Below are positions 49,001-58,000 of a stretch of 64,000 nt of DNA, in pieces. Numbering within the stretch: position 1 is the first letter of the stretch; each line of letters opens with the position of its first letter. Under the pieces are notes generated by a model. It was not told the origin of the DNA and did no database searches. It worked only from the letters and a program-made list of their open reading frames with translations. The position numbers were made by a program, and so were the translations under genes. The DNA comes from Phoronis australis (Eukaryota; Animalia; Phoronida), in contig NMRA01000046.1 of assembly GCA_002633005.1 (NCBI GenBank), forward strand, positions 386,266 through 450,265, written 5' to 3'.

Positions 49001-52000
49001 AGATAATAAGTCTTAGAGTAGTCTTGCGACATCCTGGTTGACAATTTGAAATTTTTTAATGATCCTTTTAAAGACCAACAGTGAGAAAATAATTAGACAG
49101 TGCTAAGTTTCCATACATCTGTGCCATGTCAAAAAGCAAAATGATCCCAAAACAGTCCTCGTGGAGGCTTTTTAGGCCTTGCTTCCTAGAGAGCACCTGA
49201 AAGAGTTTTCTGATGGTGAGGGCTCTTTCGGAAATTCCTAGTTATATTTGAAATATGTTTTGTAGGATCAGAAAATAAAATGTATTTTTTGACATTTTCT
49301 TTTTTGTCATCAAGTTACGAAGGTTGATTTAATATGTGTTTTTGCTGTTTTGATGTGTGCCACTGACAAGTTTTATTGCCATCTGTGGTATACGTAATTA
49401 CAAAAATTGGAAAGTCATGAAAATAATAAATTTTCTAGAACACAATGCTTTCTGTCAAAATTGTTTCTTGTATTGGTTTAAAAAGAAGTTTCCATTTTTC
49501 ACATGATGTTAGCAGTGTTTTAAATTAATTATATTTCCAGCTCTACTGGCAATACTGTGACAATAGGTGGCACACCATGTATCATAACTTCAGAGTCAAC
49601 TACACAGATCGAATGTACAACTGAAGCACACCGCAAAACAGAAGTGTCAAAGGTCAAAGTTTACAATAAACACGGACTGGCGATTGGGGTAGGTATAGAA
49701 CTGTGGGAAATTTTGTGTATCCCACATCTTATGTTTAGAGGTTGAAGTTATTCATCTCTCAGTTTTTATGTAGATCATGAGGTATCCTGGGCTATGTAAA
49801 GCCACATTTAGGGCTTGGCTATTGCAAATCCATAGAGGGTATTAAAAATTGTTCTCAGTCAGGACATAAATCCTTTGGTAAGTTGTGTATACTTACACAG
49901 GCCATCCAGGAGAGTAGTGCAACTATGTACAGGGTTGAATAAGAACTCCTTTCACTGACCTTGTATGTCAGTTTCAAAAAGCCTATTGTGTGTGACTATG
50001 ATTTACAACCCTCTGCAAAATTCTAAGCCACCATGCAGACAAGTTATCCCCTCCAAACCCAAAATGTGCCTTTTCCCTTAAAAGATGTTATCGGAACACT
50101 GGCTTATTACGTTGATTACCTTGATATTCGCATAAAAACATATTAAATCATTTAATTTTGCAGACAGATTAATATATGAAATATTTTGTTTGCATTAGAT
50201 TGTTATTGCTTTATACCACAAGAATTGAGGAACACTGCGCAGTTTATGATTGATAGAATTAAAGTAAACCTTTGTTATATTCATAATTTGTTAAAGGGTC
50301 ATTATTCCTTTTTTGAATGTGCCTCTTGTAAAATTTTAATTACTTTGAAATGAATTTGAATCTTTTAGTCAATTTTTATTAAAACAATATTAACCATTCT
50401 TCAAACTATAAATATAACATCGTGTGTCTTGACTAAATCACTGCTGTATTATTTGTATTACTTTTTCATGTAATAGGGACGAGACAGAAAATATGCTTTT
50501 ATTTTAAGGAGTATTTCTCTATTCCTGTACCTTTTCAAGTGTGACTGCGGATTGTGGAAATTTGACACTGAATTCGAGTGAAACTTATAGTTTTGGTGCA
50601 GGTAGTTCTTCAAAGGCTATGCTCAGTGTCTTCACAAAGAGAATATTCCCTGCGCCCCATGACCACTTGTCCAAATAGTGTAAGAGTTGAATCACAGCCA
50701 GGGATATTATATACTATCATTCCCTTGATGTCAGAGCTGCACCATGACCTGGGAATATTCCATACACTCCATGATCTATTAGTGAAACATATAAAGATTG
50801 AATGGCGCTGTACCATTATTTACGGTGGCCCGAAAGTATCATCGCTACTTTTGTTTAAATATTTTTTCATTTTTCATTTTCCACCTAGGTGGAAATAATT
50901 CAACCTAGGTGGAAACTATTTTCACCTGGTTGGAAACTATTTTCACCTGGGTGGAAACTATTTTCACCTGGGTGGAAATTATTTCCACCCGGGNAATTTC
51001 CACCTAGGTTGAAATATTTTCCACCCGGGTGAAAATAATTTCCACCTAGGTTGAAATAATTTCCACCTAGGTTGAAATATTTCATCCTAGGTGGAAAAGG
51101 AAAAATAAAAAAATTAATAAACTAAAATAGCGATGATACTTTCGGGCCACCGTAATTATTAATATTATTAATATTGGAACTAAGGAGTTAAGGTACACAG
51201 CTTACTAGGACATGTTTAGATGTTCAGACCTTGCTCATCATTTCTGAGTTGAGGAAGTGTTGTTTTATTAATTTAATTTATGGAAGTCGTCTGTAAAGAT
51301 TCAATATGCCCTCCATAATTTGTGATGTATGCCAAATGAACTAAAAGACCTTCAAAAATATGACATTCTCCCTTTAACATTTTAACTAGGAGTCTGCCAA
51401 GTTCCACTATGTAGATGTTTGGTCGTCTCCCTTCACCTGGGGTAACAAGGGTCTGCCTAAAGACAAGGACTTTGTCATCATATCCAAGGGACAGACTATT
51501 CTACTTGATGTAGACACTCCAGTCTTGACCATGTTGTTGATTCAAGGTGAATGTGATCTTCATTATCTCTGGTATATAACGAAAACATGTTTCTTTAGTA
51601 TAATTATGACTCATAGTGTGTTTGATTATTTGGCATGTTATGTTGGTGTCCTTCTGTCCAAGTTGTCAAGTTTGTCTGGTGTCTCATAATGTGTTTCAGT
51701 TAATAGCTTTTGCATTGTTTTGTGTTTAAATTGATTGTTGTGTTACCAAAATCATTTGTGACTGTCTTCAAATAGCATAGGTACTAAAATTTCTCTGTTG
51801 TACGAAAAACTTTTTGTAGAGTAAGGCTGGACTAGACAAGGAAACACTGTTACCCCTTCAGTTGGTGTGCTCATTCAAATTAATAATTTCACCATCATTT
51901 TTGCACAACAAAAAAGATCTGATTATATGTAACTTGGACTCACCTATTGTAAAAAGTAGACATAAGTGAGGTTGAAGCAGTGTTGGGGGTATTTTTGGGC

Positions 52001-55000
52001 CCTGCAGAGACAAATTGAACTTGCCCTGAAAGGAGTAATTTTGAGATATAAAGAGGGAATACAATCTGTTGATAAAAATCCCTTTAAATGCCTTTTACGT
52101 TCAAGAAACAACATCATTAACATCTAATGTCCCTTGTAAAGTCACTGTTCAGACTGTGGCTGACTTCTTGATATAATACAACAGAAACAACATAACATGC
52201 TAAGAAAAGTGAAGCATTATTCAAGCTTTTAGTCTGAATCCCGGTTTTGAGAAACAAAAAATTGCAAACTGTCTGTGCAGTACTCGTTTGCCCATTTATT
52301 GTATTTAATGCTCACCTGACGGGCTTTACTATTTGTCCATAGCTCCACACACCACTCTGTCTTCACTACTGTCTGATGCGGGTTTTTTCTTCTCTGTTTG
52401 TTGTTTTCTTTACTTTTTAACCTTTCGCCTTGTTTCGTCTCAGCCACCATTTGCTTTCTCTGCTTTGTATAGAAAGGATGTCAATAAAGCTGCCGATTCT
52501 TGTTGTCTTTAACCTCTCTGGTAAAGAATCTTTGGAACTGATAAAAATCTTCATATACATATACGTATACATATACGTATATATATATATATATATCTTT
52601 TACGAAATTACAAATAAATCATAACATTGTAACCTATACTTTTGTATTAGACAAAACTCGCCAAATTCCCAGAAAAATTTTCTTGTACTAATTCACATAG
52701 TGATGAGAGACACTGAGAACAAATACTGTTATCTTTATTGCCTTGGTTGTTGCCATAGCTTCCATTTCAGTGGGCCTTATAATTGATGTATTGCGACATT
52801 TAAAGTGGCAACTAAATTTTGTACCGTTTCAGCTTCATTCTGCACTGTGACTGCATGAGTCTTCCCTTGATGTACTTGAATTGTCTGACTTTCTAATTCT
52901 GAGTCAAGTATTTGAACATGATCGTCTCTTGTTGCATCCCTTTACCAAACAGTGCAACTCTATAGTGTAATATTATGGATATGTGACCATCCAGTCATTG
53001 GAAGCAGAGCAGTAAGCGGACATCTTGATTGGTTTAAGTAATGTCTTGTCTGTGAATTCCTGCTGTTAGGGTTAGGTAATCAGATGAATCCCAATGCTGT
53101 GTCGCTTACCTTTCTACAACATCATTTTATGGCTGTGATGACCACCGAGGATGATCACATTCTGGTTGTAATTCGTCAACTGAGAGAATAGAAAAAATGC
53201 TCATACCATTGAATGAAGTTCACAGTCAGTCCACCCCATACTACTGGCATATGCGGTCACCCCTAGTGGTACTCCGGCCATAATGCTTCGGCTGTGGTGC
53301 TCCCACCATGATGCTTCGGCCATGGTGCTCCAGCCATTATGCTTTGGCCGTGGTGCTCCGGCCATAAATCTTCAGCCATCAAGTCAGGAGTTCCATGCTT
53401 CCGCAGAAAGATAAACCTGAGTGGTATATACATGATGACTGCATTCATAGCCAATAATACACTTGCCATGATTCCCACTCATCATTTTTCTTTCTTGATA
53501 GTTGTACCCCTTAGGTTGCTATATTCACGTTTTGTCCATGTTCCGTAATTGATTTAGTGCATAGGAAAAAGCTTCAAGGAGTTCGTGATACTGGGGAAAC
53601 ACTTCTGAAACCTTCATTCTGTTAAATCTAATTGTCCAAAAGAAATTAGTATCAACTGAAACGTATAAAGATTTGATGTTTTATCTAGATACCACTTAGC
53701 CAGTCTGTTCAACCATTCTGTTTTCGATGGTGCATGAGTGCTGTACGCCAAATTTTCTGCCATGTTAAAATACTAGCCATCTCCCATTGCTTGTTGTTCA
53801 TTATGTATAACATCGTTCCAGTAGCTGAATGGGACATGTTATTTCATTTTCTTTGTGTGTTGGCAGAACAGCTTCATGACCACCAAGTTTTACTGCTGCC
53901 GGTTCATTTTTTTCACTATGTTAGTACAGTGTGTAAGGAGGAACACAGCAAACGCTTTGTTCTGGTGTCCGGCATCCACAGCTGTATCTCCTAAAGCCCT
54001 CATAGGATCTTGATGAGATTTGGCGGATGTGTTCCGATGAAGCTTACGACGGATGGCAGCAAATTTTGGTCCTATCCAACTACCGGTGTTCCTCCTAGTG
54101 GCAATTCTAGTTTTTACATTTACCTGTATATCTTCAGAGGTCCTCAGCGGATTTTCATAAAATTTGGCATATAGGCATCTACTGGTGAGATGATGCTATC
54201 CTCCCAAATTGGCATATATGTTCTTATTGTGAAGAGGGCGGCTGACAATGATTTTCCCACGAATTCATCTATTGTGGCATCCCCTAGCGGCAGTTTTGTT
54301 TGTTTTTGAGCCCATGGCTGTTTCTCTTAAACGCACTGCAGGAACTTTATTAAATCTAGCAAGTGTATTTATATGAAGTTGACAACAAACATCAACGACT
54401 TTTGGATGGTTCGGACTACTGGTGTGCCCCCTAGTGGCAATTTTATTTTTTATGTTTACCTCTCTATCTTCAAAGTTCCTTAACGTAAACTATTTTCATA
54501 AAATTTGGCAGATAGGCATCTGCTAGTGAGTTGACGCTATCCTTCCGTTTTCGGATGGATTCGAGGTATTTTGTACCACCTAGTGGCCATATTAACTGTT
54601 TTAGAATCTGTTTTTTGGCGTTCACCCCTCTGTCAACCAAACCACTTGAAGAATGATTGTGAAAATTGGCAGTTATATCCCTATTGTAAAGAGGACGGCG
54701 GATGATGATTTCCAACGACTTTGACTTCTGTAGCACCTCCTAGTGGCTGTTTTGATTTTTTCAAGACTAGGGCTATATCTTCTAAACGCTCTGCAGAATC
54801 TTTGTTAAATTTAGCAAGTTAGTGTATTTATACAAAGTTGAAAACGGAGACAGACCTGACATACACTGTGTCCTCTAGTGGCAATTTCCTTTTTTATCCA
54901 TTTTTCTCTGTTTCTCTGAAGTTTCTTGACAGATTTTTATGACATTTGGTAAATAGCTTTCTATTAAAGAAACGATGAGGTGCCTGTTTTGGGATGGATT

Positions 55001-58000
55001 CAGCATATGTTTTGCCATCTAGTGGCCATCTTTACTATTTTGTAGTCTGTTTTTGGCATCTACCTCTCTATCAACCAAACACTGACTGGAGGTTGATTTT
55101 GAAAATTGAAGACGCTGGCTGATGAGGGTTTTTGAACAACTTGGACCACTGTGGCGCCCCCTAGTTGCAGTTTTGTTGCATCTATGGCTGTATTTCCAAA
55201 TCCTCGGCAGGATATTTATTATAAATAAACACCCCGAGACGCACTTCGTTTGTAGTGCAGTCGTAGGCGCATTGCTCTTGTATTGTCCTCTTGGCATTTT
55301 AACCCAACAACATCTTGACCAACCGTACTCTCATTATGTTCAACAGAAGTTAATTGGGTTTAGTTTAAAAGGTAGCTATGCTTTGTGATTGGGTGTGGAT
55401 GGAGAGAGAATGATCAAGCCCTGTAATTAAAATTATTATATTAATTAATACAAGTGAAACCTGTTGCTAATTAAGTACACTAACAATAAAGAAGAGTATC
55501 TATACTAATGCCCTCTGTAAGTATTAAGCATAAACAATCAAGCATCTGCTATCCAATCTTTTGGACTCGACATTCGTTGGATGACAGTCCTGTTTGTTGA
55601 TCCTTGTACTAACACACACTACACTGTACTGTGACAATGTACTTGCTGGTTATATTCGTTCATGATGCAGCAATATGTGTAGGCAGTATTTGACTACCCA
55701 CAATTCCTCTTGCTGATCACAGTCCCTTGTGACGCAACACATGTACTCAGCATTTTACTTCTCACAATGCAAGTGGCAAGGTCTTAGTTTACTTCCTTGC
55801 CTTGCCAAGATCCTCTTTAGAATCTTCTACGTGATGGCTCTGTTGTACTATTTCTTCTGTACACTGAAACAAGTCCAATAGCTTCAACCACTAAACTCCA
55901 CCGTCTCCCAGTCTTCTGCCCAAATTATAATAATGCACTTACTTAAAAATTGGCTAATAAAAACCACCTGATCTTATCTAATCATATCAATGGATGTTAC
56001 AATCTGATCTCAGAAATTTCTAGAATCCTTACAGTACATTGACCCCAGAGCAAAAGAGGTAAACATCATCTAAAAGTACATTAAACATCAAAAGTACATG
56101 CAAACAAGTTTGACTCCATGGTTTTAAAAGTACATATTTGCACAAACTTTGGGCAACTTCAATGGGATTCACTCTGCTAATTACATAATTAATATTCATT
56201 CTGACAATATTTCAATGATTAATAAATGTAGTGATGTGATTTGACCATATCTGGACACTATTTTGAATGTTCGTATGTGACATTCATGTGCTCGATTTTT
56301 AATCTGTTACAGGAGGTCAAGTAATCTTCGATGAGAAAGATGTTCAGTTGAACTCTGAGTACATCTTGATCACGGATGGTGGCTTGCTACAAGTGGGCAC
56401 AGAGCAGGAACCTTTCCAGCATAACGCCGTCATCACTCTACACGGTCATGTGAGGTCCAAAGAACTACCCATCTATGGTGCTAAAGTGTTGGCAGTTCGC
56501 CATGGCAACTTGGAATTACATGGTATGTACTTATTACTCAGCAACATTGCATCTGAGAATCATGTGTCAGGATGTTGTCATGTAAAAGTGTATATGGGAG
56601 ATGTATTGTTTAATCATCGCACAACAGAGGTTCATGTGGGAGACATGGCGTTTGGGCAGTAGATGGACTATTGATCTCAACCAGCAAATGCAAGGTTGAA
56701 AGAGCAGTAGCCGTCCAGTCTTTACAATGTCCTTGTTCCCTTTAGATAAAGCATAATAACTTGAAGGCTTGGAATATACTTAAGACTTGGGCTTTTGATT
56801 ATAATGTGATGTCTTTTATATCCCTTTGTTGATTTCTTGATTTACAACTCAACACTTTGCATAAGGTCAACTTGTCAAATGCGACCTGGAAAAATTTGCA
56901 GGTCATCATACAAGAAATGACTTTGCCAAAATAAGGAAAAACCATGTGTGGCGCGGTGAAATTGTTCAACTAAGAAGCCTGTCAGCGTTTTTGCCTGTTG
57001 CGGCACCCAGAATTTTCTGGTCGATCAAATATAAAGCCGTTGTCAGGCTGTTTTTGGGTGCGACGGTGGTCATATTTCACCCTCGTTCAGCTCCTACATG
57101 AAGCAAATGATATGATCAGAAAATATTTTACTCATATGTCTTGTTCGGGTTCTGTTGATTTTTTGCTGAACATTTCTGACTCCTTTCTGTTTACTTTCTG
57201 GTGTGCATTGATCAGTAACTTCTTGGTGATTTGATATTTTTACCAAAAAAAAAAATGTGAGGCTGCAGTGGCGATCTGGTTGCAGAATCGATCCCTGCTG
57301 ATTGTTTTTGCAACAAGTCGATACTTTTTGTATTTTGTCCAAAAATATGGATAGGACAGACACACAGACAGACTCGCAGACAGACACCAGACCCTCACAG
57401 ACACAAATGCATGCGCACACACAGACGCCCACAAAAGCCAAATCACATGTATTGAAGACAAACAAAAACATGCAAAACACAGTGAAAAATGTGCACATGC
57501 TTGAAGACAAAATTATTAAAGAAAAAATATTACGTAATTATTGAATAAACAAATAATAATTATAAAACAACAGTACTTGAAATTACTAATGAGAGATACA
57601 ACAAGCAAAAAGTTTCACGGTGATATCAGAATTAAGTCTTTTCCTATCGTAATTGTAATACATTTGAAAGACATTAGCCCAAAGGACGTGACACAAGGAA
57701 TTGCAAATGAAAAACTTGAGTTTCTATGAGTACAGTAATAATGTTCATCTCTAGTTCGTTGAATATTATTTAAATAATTAGGTTCTGGGCAGGTAAGCAC
57801 AGAACTGTTTGCATATAGAAACTTTCAATTAATAATTACTTTGAGTGACATGCCATTAATATAAACAGGAGATATCAAGGGACCCAGTATGGATCCCTGT
57901 GGAGCCCACAGATATTGTCTCTAAGGTTAACTGATGTCCTTTAATACTAACTATTCGGAAACGTTAAACGAGATATGAAGAGAAACGGCTGATGTTAGTA

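Noticed and set aside
57094-57544. Overlapping ORFs rich in V/C or T/Q/D
   Set aside because: Translation of (ACAG)/(AC) microsatellite-like sequence.
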